From: an uncultured Parachlamydiaceae bacterium
Lineage (GTDB): Bacteria > Chlamydiota > Chlamydiia > Chlamydiales > Parachlamydiaceae
DNA: 64,000 nucleotides
Reading direction: 5' to 3'
NCBI GenBank assembly: GCA_963742415.1
Contig: CAVULX010000003.1
Location: forward strand, 768,001 to 832,000
Shown here: positions 53,262 to 63,425 of the stretch, in pieces
How positions within the stretch are numbered: the stretch's first letter is position 1
Layout of the letters: each line of letters starts with the position of its first letter
Notes under the pieces: model-generated
What the model was told of the DNA's origin: nothing
The model's input: only the letters and a program-made list of their open reading frames with translations
Database searches by the model: none
Program-made: the position numbers and the translations under genes

Positions 53262-56200
53262 ATGTTAAAAGCGCCTATAAAAAAAATATTATTATTTAGT
53301 TCTTTATTTGTATTGCTTGTTTGCGTGCTTTTTTTCCGTTTTATTTTGACATCAAGCATGGAATTAGGAATCAAATATTTTTCTGAAAAAGTTTTAGACG
53401 CCGACTTTATTTCTGAAAACGTCTCTTTTAATAAAGGCAAATGGGTTTTCGATAACGCAACGTTTGCAGGAAAAAAATCAATCAAAGAGGGGGGGGTACA
53501 GGCAAAAGTTGAAAAATTGACCATCATGATTCAACCCCATTTGTTTGATAGGGAAGTGGATATAGAAATCCATATTTCTAAACCCCATCTTGATATAAGG
53601 CGTTCCCCTGCAGAATTCTATCGTAAATTGGTTGAGTCTCTGCCTGCGCGAGGACTTGTAGCCTTCAAAAGTAAAGTTGTCGTAGAACATGGCGTCGTTT
53701 CCATTCACGACACCGAACGGCAGCCTTCGATTGCGCAAACCCTTTTCTTTCAGCTCAACGGGGAATGCAGTTCAAATATCAAAGGATCTTTAATTGTCAG
53801 TTTAGACGATCCCAACTTGGAAAAAAATTGCATTGCTTTATCCCTTGCTCAAATGGAAAAGAGGCATTTCGCGTTGGATTTAAATTTCGACGGTGTCGAT
53901 TGTGCTTCTTTAGTGGGGGCTGCGACCCCCTTTTTCCCTCCCTTGCAAACGGTGGCTATCGAGGAAGGATTTTTAAAAGGTAAAATGGAACTGACATTAC
54001 CCAAAACCGGAGCCCCTTTCGCCAGGGGAGATATGACGATTCAAAACCTTGCTTTAAACGCGCCCGCTTTTGAGATGCAAGGGCAGTTTAAAGAAGTGCG
54101 TATTCATCTGCAGGAAAACGAAGATCCCCGGTCAAAGCCCACCGATGAAAAAGTCAAACCTTCTGTATCTCGCACTGTGGGGCATTTGGAGCTGGCCGAA
54201 GATGCAAACATCTTATTTCAAAAAGATGGAATTCACTTCTGCAACATCCAGCACTTAATAGGAGCACTCTATTTTCAGACCGAGACAGGAGCTCGCCTTG
54301 CCTTCGAGGGGCAATGTGAACACCATGGAAAACTTTCTCCTCTTCATGTGGAAGGGCAAGCAGTTGTAAACAATAAAAAAGACACCTCTTTGGATTTAAA
54401 GATTACACTCGACTCGGAAGAAAAGGAAAATGCTTCTATCCATTTTGTCACTCGGCAGCTCGAAACACACTTTAAATACGCTGAGATTACATTTGCAAAT
54501 ATAGGTCCCAGCGAATTTGATATGATCACAACATTGGCGACCCCCCATTTTCCTGAAATACGGCAGATCAATATGAACGAAGGGAGGATTGATGCCTCTG
54601 CTTTGGCCTATATGAAAGGGTTGCTAATTACCGACTTTAAAATCGAAAAAATGAAGGCAAAAAACCTTCAATTCGACATTATCCCTTGGGATTGGACCGC
54701 TCGCATGGATGAGTTATCCGGCGATTTGATGGTCAACCTCGACGCAAACAAAGTTTTTGAGACTCTAAATGGCAATCTTGTCATTGCCGGAGGCCAGCTT
54801 TGTTTTGATAAAAACAATTACGACTTATGCCAGTTGAATGATGTAAACACAAGATTGAAAATAGCACGTGGCGTCGTGTTAGAATCAGCAGTTGAAGGGA
54901 CCTTCGCTGGCCTTAAAGGCACCATTCACCTCGATGGACTTTCCCCCGACGGAGAAATGGCAAAATTAAAATTTCATGGCAATCCAAGGGGATTGATCTC
55001 CTTGTCTCCTCCCCATTTACGCCCCCAGTTAGAGCAGCGGTTTAATGAAGATTTGTTGACCGTTTCAGCTAGCATAAGCAAGCTGACAGATGGTGCAAAA
55101 ATCGTGGGTCTCATGGAAATAAATGCCCCTCTCGAAAAAGAGGCCCAGAAAATCCATTTTGGTTTTGAACTGGAAAAAGCTTCTCAAAAATTATGGGGAG
55201 CGGAACTTCATCAACTCGTTTCTTCCTATTGGGAAGGGATTGTGATGGAAGGGACGTTGGCCTACTTGCCTATCGTTCTCCCTATCAGCTTATTGGAAGG
55301 AAAATGGCTGCACAAAGAGATGGGCCTCCCGGGAATCATATTCCGTAACGGATGGTTTCAGGCTCAAGACATCTCTTTAGATAAATATATTGCACCTCTC
55401 ATGTTTCCTGAAGCAGATGTAAAAATGACAGGGGTAGGGGATCTGCAAGGAAACTTTGACAGAATGACATTAAAGGTCGGCTATAACGTAAAAAACTTGA
55501 GCTTCGAAAGCAGCGATTTCTGTATCACCGCAACACATGAACTTCCTCAACAAAAAAATGAATTTCTAGGGACCCAATTTTTCGATTTAATCTCCGGAAC
55601 CTCCCATGGGACATTTCCTATGCGCTCCGGTACCTATCTCGAGAAAAAAACAGGGTCGTTTTTTGAAGATATCGCCGCTCTCATCACGTTTTCCGGCAAT
55701 AAATTCCAATTGGATGATTTGGAAACACGATGCAAAGGGATCACATTTAAAGGGAAATTGAATTTCGATTTGTCACCTCCAGGGAAGGGGAATTTCGATG
55801 TCGATATACAAGCACACACAATTCAGAGCAGTTTTTCTCAACTCCAAGACTTTTTTTCCCCCTTTCCCAAGCTGAGTTTTTTTCAAAAATTTCCCCTTGA
55901 AGGTACCTTGGCGTTGAGAGATGAAGGGATGAATGTGCGCATGTCGTTTAGATCTGAAAAATTGGACATGCAAACAAAAATCGCTGGAACCTTCAATCAG
56001 GGAACTCTTCTCTTCCGCAATGTGGATGTTGTGACGAAAGATTTAAGCTTTAATTTTGATTATAATCAATTTGCGGAGAGCTTTGAAATAAAAGATATTA
56101 ATGGACAAGTCTTTGTTGGAAAAGGGGATCAAGTTGAAAACTATGCCTTAGCAGGGGATAAGTTCTCTTTCCACCACCTCTCCCGAAAAGAAGCGGAATT

Positions 56201-58622
56201 CGATCTCTGGATTGGTGACCAAAAAAGAGATATCATCAGAATCGCCGGCCAGACATCTTCTAAAGAGGAGCCGCTCTCTCAAAACCACATGAACGTGACC
56301 TTTGACCGGGATGTTTCCCACTTTGGCGATGTCCACCCTTCAGTTTTAGAACTTTCACTTAAGGATTGGACCCAAGTTGAGCAGCTGAACCTAGCCTTCG
56401 AAGTCTCCTTAGAAACTATCCTCCGGGACCTCCAAATCGTGGCCAAATCAGGGCTTTTTTGCCTTCCATCTATTACAGACAAAGAATTTGACGACTTGAA
56501 AAATGCTTCAGGCCGCTTTGCTGTCAACATCAGCTATGATGCCAAGGTAGACGCTCTCACTTATCATGCGATTGGACAAGAAGTCAAAATAGATAATTAC
56601 AAATTTAATAAGTGTTCCTTGCATGGCGGTAAAAAAGATTGCCGCTGGTCCATTGATCAATTGATCTTAGATGATTTGGCAGTGGCGGCCGATGTGAGCA
56701 TGATGCCGGAGGGATGGAAATTTGATTTTTTAGGTTTGCGGTATGGAGAATCATTTCTAGCTGGATTAGAAGGGGAATATCGGCATGGGGGCCAAGGGAT
56801 CGATGCCAAGGTCAATTTGCTTGAATGCAATTTGTCCAAACTTCATGAGTGGCCTTTCTTGCAGACTTTTATTTCTGAGTATCATCCAAAGGGATTTTTA
56901 CGCGCTAACGGCCAGCTTCGCTTGGAATTGCCTTCAGCTTCAAAAAAATGGCGCTTGGATGCATTAGTCAGTGGAAATGTGCGCTCTTTAGAACTTAAAG
57001 GAATACCCCTTCAAGATGCTTCCAATGTTTCTTTTCATTTTAATTCCAATTCCGGCCTTACCATACGGCAGCTCCAAACTGCTTTTAAAGACCCATTCAC
57101 AGAAGAAGTGTTAGGGCTTTTAAGTTTTGAGAAGGTAGAACATAATCACTCGCAGGAAGAGCTAATTTTTGACAGGATCCACTTCAATGTTCCTGCAGAA
57201 AACTTAAAAAGGACAGCCCAGCTTCTTCAACATAGCTTTCCGCACGCGATAGAAGACTCTGTAGCTTCCATCATTTGTAATTTAAAGCAGAACGGCAATG
57301 TCGAAGGATCCTTAGCTTTGCACAAAAATCCAAGTTCGACCCTTTCTCAAATAACATTAAAAGAAGGCTCGTACCACTTCCTCAAAAAAGAGCACGAAGT
57401 CAACAATTTCACTCTTAACTACGATCTCAAAGAACTAAAAATTTTAACTCAATACCGTTTCCAAAATCACCTCTTTTGGCTTCAAATAAAATCCCGCGGC
57501 CCTTCCTATCATGCTGGCAACTTGCTGCTTTCCGATGGTCATCCAGACCTGCAACAGAACTCAGGAGCCTCACCCTTAAGAGTGGAATGGAGAAATGACC
57601 CTTGGCTCGGCCTCCAAGTTCTCAAAGCAGAAGGTTCTCTTGCGGGCATGGATATTCACTTGGTTAATGATCACAGCATCTCCTGGTCGGGAGAATCGAT
57701 TTATTTAATAGGGGATGTCGCCTTCCACCCTCAAAAAACCACAGCTTTGATATCTACAGAATTATGTGAAAGAATGAAAATGTTGCGGATCGGCGACCAA
57801 GTCACCCTCAAGGGGCAATGGCGCCTTGATAAATTTACCAAAGAGCAAGGGGAAAGCCCACTCTATTTTCAAGGGGATCTCCTGGGAAATAACATCTCCA
57901 TCAAAGGATATCAATTCCAAAGATTGTTAGCACAAGTCGATTGCATTCCCAAAAGCATTGAAGTAAGGCAGTTTCGGATCGAAGATCCTGCGGGTATCCT
58001 GTCCATCGACAGAATTTCCCTATATAAGACTCCAGATGGGATCTGGCAGCTTGACATTCCTCGGTTGAACATCGTAAATTTCAGGCCTAGCTTATTGCAA
58101 GAAGTTGGATCGACCGGGATGGTTTCTCCCAAACCTTTATTGGTCAAAAGATTAGATATAGAGGGGTTAAAAGGCAGTTGCAGAGACGTAAATACTTTGC
58201 GCGGTTCTGGTAAACTTTTTTTTGTCAACCCGCCAAAAAAACATCTCCAAAATACCATTCTGGCTATTCCTGCTGAAATTTTAACCATGATCGGCTTAGA
58301 CTTAACAGTCTTGAACCCAATTTCAGGCACCATCATGTATGATATTTACGACGGGAAAATCATGCTCACAAAGTTCAAGAATGTCTATAGTGAAGGGAAG
58401 CTATCCAAATTCAATCTCAGTCACTCTAGCCCCGCTTCATATCTAGACTTTGATGGAAACTTGCATGTCCATATCCGCATGAAACAACACAACCTATTTT
58501 TTAAATTAGCAGAACTTTTTACAGTCAGCATCGGCGGCAATTTAATCAAACCGTCCTACTCTCTGCAAAGGCTGCACCAAAATAAATCTTCTGATCAAAA
58601 GAAGGTTGCATCCTCACAATGA
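53262..58622 (+). CDS. Very large membrane-anchored beta-rich protein, AsmA/TamB-like
   Basis: 1786 aa, one N-terminal TM, long amphipathic beta character; family is inferred. Confidence 0.55.
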   Translation: MLKAPIKKILLFSSLFVLLVCVLFFRFILTSSMELGIKYFSEKVLDADFISENVSFNKGKWVFDNATFAGKKSIKEGGVQAKVEKLTIMIQPHLFDREVDIEIHISKPHLDIRRSPAEFYRKLVESLPARGLVAFKSKVVVEHGVVSIHDTERQPSIAQTLFFQLNGECSSNIKGSLIVSLDDPNLEKNCIALSLAQMEKRHFALDLNFDGVDCASLVGAATPFFPPLQTVAIEEGFLKGKMELTLPKTGAPFARGDMTIQNLALNAPAFEMQGQFKEVRIHLQENEDPRSKPTDEKVKPSVSRTVGHLELAEDANILFQKDGIHFCNIQHLIGALYFQTETGARLAFEGQCEHHGKLSPLHVEGQAVVNNKKDTSLDLKITLDSEEKENASIHFVTRQLETHFKYAEITFANIGPSEFDMITTLATPHFPEIRQINMNEGRIDASALAYMKGLLITDFKIEKMKAKNLQFDIIPWDWTARMDELSGDLMVNLDANKVFETLNGNLVIAGGQLCFDKNNYDLCQLNDVNTRLKIARGVVLESAVEGTFAGLKGTIHLDGLSPDGEMAKLKFHGNPRGLISLSPPHLRPQLEQRFNEDLLTVSASISKLTDGAKIVGLMEINAPLEKEAQKIHFGFELEKASQKLWGAELHQLVSSYWEGIVMEGTLAYLPIVLPISLLEGKWLHKEMGLPGIIFRNGWFQAQDISLDKYIAPLMFPEADVKMTGVGDLQGNFDRMTLKVGYNVKNLSFESSDFCITATHELPQQKNEFLGTQFFDLISGTSHGTFPMRSGTYLEKKTGSFFEDIAALITFSGNKFQLDDLETRCKGITFKGKLNFDLSPPGKGNFDVDIQAHTIQSSFSQLQDFFSPFPKLSFFQKFPLEGTLALRDEGMNVRMSFRSEKLDMQTKIAGTFNQGTLLFRNVDVVTKDLSFNFDYNQFAESFEIKDINGQVFVGKGDQVENYALAGDKFSFHHLSRKEAEFDLWIGDQKRDIIRIAGQTSSKEEPLSQNHMNVTFDRDVSHFGDVHPSVLELSLKDWTQVEQLNLAFEVSLETILRDLQIVAKSGLFCLPSITDKEFDDLKNASGRFAVNISYDAKVDALTYHAIGQEVKIDNYKFNKCSLHGGKKDCRWSIDQLILDDLAVAADVSMMPEGWKFDFLGLRYGESFLAGLEGEYRHGGQGIDAKVNLLECNLSKLHEWPFLQTFISEYHPKGFLRANGQLRLELPSASKKWRLDALVSGNVRSLELKGIPLQDASNVSFHFNSNSGLTIRQLQTAFKDPFTEEVLGLLSFEKVEHNHSQEELIFDRIHFNVPAENLKRTAQLLQHSFPHAIEDSVASIICNLKQNGNVEGSLALHKNPSSTLSQITLKEGSYHFLKKEHEVNNFTLNYDLKELKILTQYRFQNHLFWLQIKSRGPSYHAGNLLLSDGHPDLQQNSGASPLRVEWRNDPWLGLQVLKAEGSLAGMDIHLVNDHSISWSGESIYLIGDVAFHPQKTTALISTELCERMKMLRIGDQVTLKGQWRLDKFTKEQGESPLYFQGDLLGNNISIKGYQFQRLLAQVDCIPKSIEVRQFRIEDPAGILSIDRISLYKTPDGIWQLDIPRLNIVNFRPSLLQEVGSTGMVSPKPLLVKRLDIEGLKGSCRDVNTLRGSGKLFFVNPPKKHLQNTILAIPAEILTMIGLDLTVLNPISGTIMYDIYDGKIMLTKFKNVYSEGKLSKFNLSHSSPASYLDFDGNLHVHIRMKQHNLFFKLAELFTVSIGGNLIKPSYSLQRLHQNKSSDQKKVASSQ

Positions 58623-58646
58623 TTGATTTAAAATCTATAATTCCAA

Positions 58647-59624
58647 ATGAATTCAAATATGAAAACATCTAATCGTAAATATCTCCGTTTGGCTCTCTGG
58701 TCGTTGAGCGGCTGTCTGGTTCTCTTCGCTTTTATTAGGCTATACTTCAACCTTACAGATGACTTTCGAATCGGCAATATCAGTTATGAAATGCCCTTTC
58801 ATCCAGAATGGGAAATCCCCCCGCTTTCCCCTCAAGATCAACAACGGATCGAAAAAATCTTAGCACAACCCTTTACTTACATTGGCAAAGGGGCCCAATC
58901 TTATGCATTCAGCAGCGCTGACAATCAATATGTTTTGAAATTTTTTAAATTTAAACATTTGACCCCTCACTGGTTTGTCGAGCTTTTTCCCCCCTTTCCC
59001 CCTTTTTCCACTTACCGGGAAAAACAGGCTCTTCGCAAAAATAAGAAATTATATGGTGTTTTCGAAGGGTATCGCTTGGCCTACGAGGTTCACCAGGGCC
59101 CCAGCGGCCTCATCTACATCCATCTTAATAAATCCCAATCCCTTCACAAGGCTGTCAAAGTAAAAGATAAATTGGGATTGCAAAGGGAAATCGAGCTCGA
59201 TTCGGTAGCGTTTCTTTTACAAGAAAAAGCAAAAACGACCCGCCTTGTCATCCAAGAGGCCTTGGATCAAGATAATCTAACTCTTGCCAAACACCGGATG
59301 AGGCAGATTTTTGACCTGTATTTGGCGGAATACAAAAAGGGGATCTATGACAAAGACCATGGAGTCATGCACAACACCGGATTTGTCGGCGAGAAACCTA
59401 TCCATTTAGATGTCGGTAAAATGACAAGGGACAATAATTTATTCAAACCCACTGTTTGGCAACGGGATATGGAACATATTGCATGGAAATTTTCATGGTG
59501 GATAGCCGAACACTACCCAAGCTATCATCCTGTTATGGCAGCAGACATCGAAGCTAAATTGACAGAGCTCTTCAACCGCCCTTTTATGTTTAGCACAAGC
59601 ACCCGGCCGCCTAAAAAACATTAA
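58647..59624 (+). CDS. Membrane-anchored protein with protein-kinase-like motifs
   Basis: YIGKGAQSYAF (Gly loop), YVLKFF, DKDHGVMHN and HLDVG. Confidence 0.6.
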   Translation: MNSNMKTSNRKYLRLALWSLSGCLVLFAFIRLYFNLTDDFRIGNISYEMPFHPEWEIPPLSPQDQQRIEKILAQPFTYIGKGAQSYAFSSADNQYVLKFFKFKHLTPHWFVELFPPFPPFSTYREKQALRKNKKLYGVFEGYRLAYEVHQGPSGLIYIHLNKSQSLHKAVKVKDKLGLQREIELDSVAFLLQEKAKTTRLVIQEALDQDNLTLAKHRMRQIFDLYLAEYKKGIYDKDHGVMHNTGFVGEKPIHLDVGKMTRDNNLFKPTVWQRDMEHIAWKFSWWIAEHYPSYHPVMAADIEAKLTELFNRPFMFSTSTRPPKKH

Positions 59625-59630
59625 AAATAA

Positions 59631-60350
59631 ATGTTCCGAAAAATTCTTCGTTCTTTTGCTGATTTGTTGTTCCCTCCGCTATGCTTGCATTGTCAAAATA
59701 CATGTCCTGCCAGCCAACCCATTTTTTGCCAAGCATGTTTAAAATTAATGGATTTAATCGACCCCGAAGAAAGATGCCCTTTTTGTTTTTCACACCTTTA
59801 TGATCCAGAATCGAAAATTTGCGAAGAGTGTGCCCGCCATCCCCCCTTACTGGATAGAGTTGCCGCGGTTTTTGATTACACAGGGCCCCCTGCAACATTA
59901 ATCAAAAGAATGAAATATGGGAATCTACCCCACTTGGCGAAAGGAGCTGGCAGCTACATGGCGATGCAATTTTTGCAGCTTGGCTGGCCTCTGCCTGACC
60001 TGTTGACCCCTATCCCTATTTCTTATTTACGACGGCTCGAACGGGGCTTTAACCAAAGCTTGCTTTTATGTGAAGGGATAGGTTCGATCCTTCATGTGCC
60101 GATAGGAGATATTTTAAAAAGAAAAAGCGGCGATTATAGCCAAGCAGGATTAACCCGCAAGCAAAGAGCTTCGAAAGAGCAAAACATCTCATTAAAAAAG
60201 GGGTGCAGCATCTATAAAAAAAATATTTTGCTGGTCGATGATGTGATGACAACTGGGAGCACCTTGCAAAAATGTGCTGAAGTACTATTAGAGCAAGAAC
60301 CCGCAACCATTTATGCCCTCGTTTTTTGCCGCGCAACAAGATGCATCTAA
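59631..60350 (+). CDS. comF: ComF family protein (double zinc ribbon + phosphoribosyltransferase)
   Basis: LFPPLC..C, ERGFNQS and LLVDDVMTTGST. Confidence 0.92.
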   Translation: MFRKILRSFADLLFPPLCLHCQNTCPASQPIFCQACLKLMDLIDPEERCPFCFSHLYDPESKICEECARHPPLLDRVAAVFDYTGPPATLIKRMKYGNLPHLAKGAGSYMAMQFLQLGWPLPDLLTPIPISYLRRLERGFNQSLLLCEGIGSILHVPIGDILKRKSGDYSQAGLTRKQRASKEQNISLKKGCSIYKKNILLVDDVMTTGSTLQKCAEVLLEQEPATIYALVFCRATRCI

Positions 60351-60378
60351 ACACCACAGAAGCACAGAAAAGAAAAGA

Positions 60379-60524
60379 GGAACAGGATAGGCAGAATCGT
60401 AACCGGCAGGATAAACAGGATGGATAAAAAAATTAATTTTAGAGTGGCTTAAAGCTACTCTTTCGCTTAAAATTTATTTTCATCCTGCTTATCCTGCCGG
60501 TTACGATCCTGCCTATCCTGTTCC
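60379..60524. repeat. Long palindromic element (44-bp arms, 2 mismatches), MITE/REPIN-like
   Basis: Arms 60379-60422 and 60481-60524 are built from CAGGATA(A/G)(G/A)CAG units. Confidence 0.88.
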
Positions 60525-60716
60525 ATTTACTGCTGTAGAGCAAAATGATAGCTTTCTGTCTTTTCTTGCAGCCACTCGATCTCTTCAGGCAAAAGGCCTG
60601 TAATAATTTTTTGTAATTGTAAGAAAATGGTCGACCTCATAGCATTGATCCATCTCTAGCTATTTTGGAATTGGTTAAAAACCCAAAGTTCAGGTTAAAA
60701 GAAGCGGGTTCAACAA

Positions 60717-61181
60717 ATGAGAATGCTGATTCAACATGTCAAAGAAGCCCATGTCAAAGTCGACGGATCCATAGTTGGTAAAATTGGAAAAGGTCTTCTC
60801 GTTTTTCTTGGTGTCCATCTCACAGATACACTTGAGGATTGTGCTTGGATGAAAGAGAAGCTTATTAATCTGCGGATATTTAAGGATGCAGATGAAAAGA
60901 TGAATCTTTCAATCCAAGACGTTCAAGGGGAATTGTTAGTCGTATCCCAGTTCACCCTCTATGCTGAATGTACTAAAGGGCGGCGCCCTTCGTTTACGCA
61001 GGCAGCTCCGCCTGATTTAGCAAAAGCTTTGTATGAAAGATTTGTTGCAGATCTCAAACCCCATTTAAAAAATGTGCAAACGGGTCTTTTCGGCGCTTAC
61101 ATGGAAATCCACCTCATCAATGACGGCCCCTTAACCTTCTTGATCGACTCAAACTGCCAAGAGAATAATAGAACAAGATAA
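60717..61181 (+). CDS. dtd: D-aminoacyl-tRNA deacylase
   Basis: LRIF..MNLS, SQFTL, KGRRPSF and NDGP. Confidence 0.96.
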   Translation: MRMLIQHVKEAHVKVDGSIVGKIGKGLLVFLGVHLTDTLEDCAWMKEKLINLRIFKDADEKMNLSIQDVQGELLVVSQFTLYAECTKGRRPSFTQAAPPDLAKALYERFVADLKPHLKNVQTGLFGAYMEIHLINDGPLTFLIDSNCQENNRTR

Positions 61182-61294
61182 GCAGGATTAAGAGGTGTTT
61201 GAAGTACTTCGTCAAGTAGCAGTACCCCAAACAGCCCTTAATCCTGCTTATCCTGCCGCCGAAGGCGATCCTGCTTATCTTGTCTGTTATTATT
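61164..61294. repeat. Second palindromic element of the same family
   Basis: ACAAGATAAGCAGGATTAAG ... CTTAATCCTGCTTATCCTGC-cgccgaaggcg-ATCCTGCTTATCTTGT. Confidence 0.82.
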
Positions 61295-61295
61295 G

Positions 61296-62246
61296 CTAGG
61301 CCGATTCCCAATCAAAAGGGATGACTTCATTGATATTGATTTTGCAGTGGCGGAGCATCATCAGGCGGTCGAAGCCTACAGCAACTCCACAACAGTCTGG
61401 AAGACCTTTTTGCAATGCTGACAGAAAATTTTCGTCTAGGGGAAGCAGCTGCTTGCCCATCTGGACCCTCATTTCATTGGCTTCGATAAAACGGCGCCGC
61501 TGTTCTATGGCATTGGCAAGTTCATGATACCCATTGGCGAGTTCTGTCCCTTGATAATAGACTTCGAACCTCTCGGCAACAAGCTCTTCTTCATGCCACT
61601 TGGTTTGGGCAAGAGCAGCTTGAGAGGAGGGATAATAGGCCAAAACTGTCAGCTCATTTTTTCCTAAATAGGGCTCAATCAAGGTCCCTAAGATGACATT
61701 GAGAAGAGCATCCTTTCCCTCTTCAAGGACTGAGCGGTCTACAGCAATTTCCCTTTCAGACAGAAATTCATAAAGATCCTTGTTAGTGGCAGTCACATAA
61801 TCGATGCCTAGAAATTTTTTAAAAACGTCTCTATAGGTGATTTGGGAAGCAGGCAATGCTCCTAAAAAAAGCCTAATAAAATCGAGGGTCTCTTTTATAA
61901 GATCGTCAAAGGAAAACCCGATCCGATACCATTCAGCCATCATAAATTCAGGGTTATGTTTATGCCCATATTCCCCTTGCCTAAACACGTGGGACAACTG
62001 ATAGATATCCCCAATCCCCTCTGCCAATAATCTTTTCATCCCATATTCTGGAGAGGAATGCAAATAACGTGTCTCTCCGGAAGCATCGGTGGAGGGGATA
62101 AGGTCTATGTGGGCATCGACCGAAGCGGAAGAGGTGACAATCGGACAATCGACTTCCAAAACATTCCGTTCTTTGAAAAAACGGCGTGCAGCTTCTAGCA
62201 TGTGAGCACGGTCTTTCAAAGTGGTTATTTTATTAGATATAATCAT
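61296..62246 (-). CDS. epmA: EF-P lysine aminoacylase
   Basis: LHSSPEYGMKRLLA, HNPEFMMAEWYR, ELANGYHEL and GVAVGFDRL; LysRS catalytic domain only, next to efp. Confidence 0.95.
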   Translation of the reverse strand: MIISNKITTLKDRAHMLEAARRFFKERNVLEVDCPIVTSSASVDAHIDLIPSTDASGETRYLHSSPEYGMKRLLAEGIGDIYQLSHVFRQGEYGHKHNPEFMMAEWYRIGFSFDDLIKETLDFIRLFLGALPASQITYRDVFKKFLGIDYVTATNKDLYEFLSEREIAVDRSVLEEGKDALLNVILGTLIEPYLGKNELTVLAYYPSSQAALAQTKWHEEELVAERFEVYYQGTELANGYHELANAIEQRRRFIEANEMRVQMGKQLLPLDENFLSALQKGLPDCCGVAVGFDRLMMLRHCKININEVIPFDWESA

Positions 62247-62254
62247 AAAAAAGA

Positions 62255-62824
62255 TTAAGAAACTCTTGAAACGTAATCACCCGTACGAGTATCTACCTTG
62301 ATTTTTTCCCCCTGCTCAACAAAGATGGGGACTTGCACTTTAGCTCCACTTTCAACGATGGCAGGCTTCAACACACGGCCAGAAGCTGTGTCGCCACGAA
62401 CGCCTGGGGCAGTTTCTGTGATAAACATTTCCATAAAGGTCGGGGGTTCGACGGTAACAGGGGTCCCTTTATAGAAGATAATTTCATAGAGATGGTCATC
62501 CATCAACCATTGGGAAGTATCTCCAATATGTTCGTGAGGAATCTTAATTTGCTCGAAGGTATTGTCATCCATAAAGATAACACCATCGTTTTCTTTGTAA
62601 AGCATCCTCATTTCTGTTTCGACAACGTCGGCAAGATCCACTTTATCTCCGGACTTGAAAGTGCGGTCAATTGTGCGGCCCGAGATCAGATGCTTCAAAC
62701 GAACACGGTTAAACGATTGCCCTTTTCCAGGCTTGACGAATTCATTGGTGATAATCGTATAAGGTTGCCCCTCTACTTCAACTTTCATGCCCGCTTTGAA
62801 TTCGTTGGTGCTCACTTGTGCCAT
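62255..62824 (-). CDS. efp: Elongation factor P
   Basis: VKPGKGQ loop, PGVRGDT and VDTRTGDYVSR; start moved to ATG 62824. Confidence 0.97.
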   Translation of the reverse strand: MAQVSTNEFKAGMKVEVEGQPYTIITNEFVKPGKGQSFNRVRLKHLISGRTIDRTFKSGDKVDLADVVETEMRMLYKENDGVIFMDDNTFEQIKIPHEHIGDTSQWLMDDHLYEIIFYKGTPVTVEPPTFMEMFITETAPGVRGDTASGRVLKPAIVESGAKVQVPIFVEQGEKIKVDTRTGDYVSRVS

Positions 62825-62927
62825 ATTGATTTCCTTGATATGTAAATTTACATGCATAAACTATAACAAAGTGGTGTGCGTGTGTCTAGTATAAGTTTTT
62901 CTAGAACCGTCCGACAGGTTTTGAGAC

Positions 62928-63188
62928 TTGCAAAATATCTTTTCTCAGATATATTTTTTGAATCATGCCTGGAGAATGAAGATGTGGTTTAGAGAATATA
63001 GAGATTATAAAATCGATTCGTCAACGAAAAAAGAACAACTTTCATCGGGGCGGGGGATCATTGGTTGCGAAATGCACGACCTTAATGGTTGGGGGGAAGA
63101 ATATCACATAGCCACACCAAAAAAGAAAAAAGGGGTTTTCGCTTCTTTGCTAGAAGTTCTCTTTCCTAAATCTAAGCAAATGGAATAA
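62928..63188 (+). CDS. Small hypothetical protein (start uncertain)
   Basis: Co-oriented run with 63192.. and amn, 3-nt gaps. Confidence 0.5.
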   Translation: MQNIFSQIYFLNHAWRMKMWFREYRDYKIDSSTKKEQLSSGRGIIGCEMHDLNGWGEEYHIATPKKKKGVFASLLEVLFPKSKQME

Positions 63189-63191
63189 AAT

Positions 63192-63422
63192 ATGACGCAA
63201 AAGGGAACTCATACCTGGGATCTCATTGTCCAATACCACAGATGTCCTAAATGCAGCCGTATTTTTGAGAGTAGGGAAGATTATCAATATCGTTTAGGTA
63301 GGTATGAGAAGGATTTGGAATGTCCAAACTGTCATTATATGTACACATTAACAAAAGAAAAACGACCCTCCTTTGGACCTTTGATTGGAGAGCCGCAGCC
63401 TAAGGAAATAGAATGGGGTTAA
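63192..63422 (+). CDS. Small zinc-ribbon protein
   Basis: CPKC...CPNC. Confidence 0.7.
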   Translation: MTQKGTHTWDLIVQYHRCPKCSRIFESREDYQYRLGRYEKDLECPNCHYMYTLTKEKRPSFGPLIGEPQPKEIEWG

Positions 63423-63425
63423 TAT

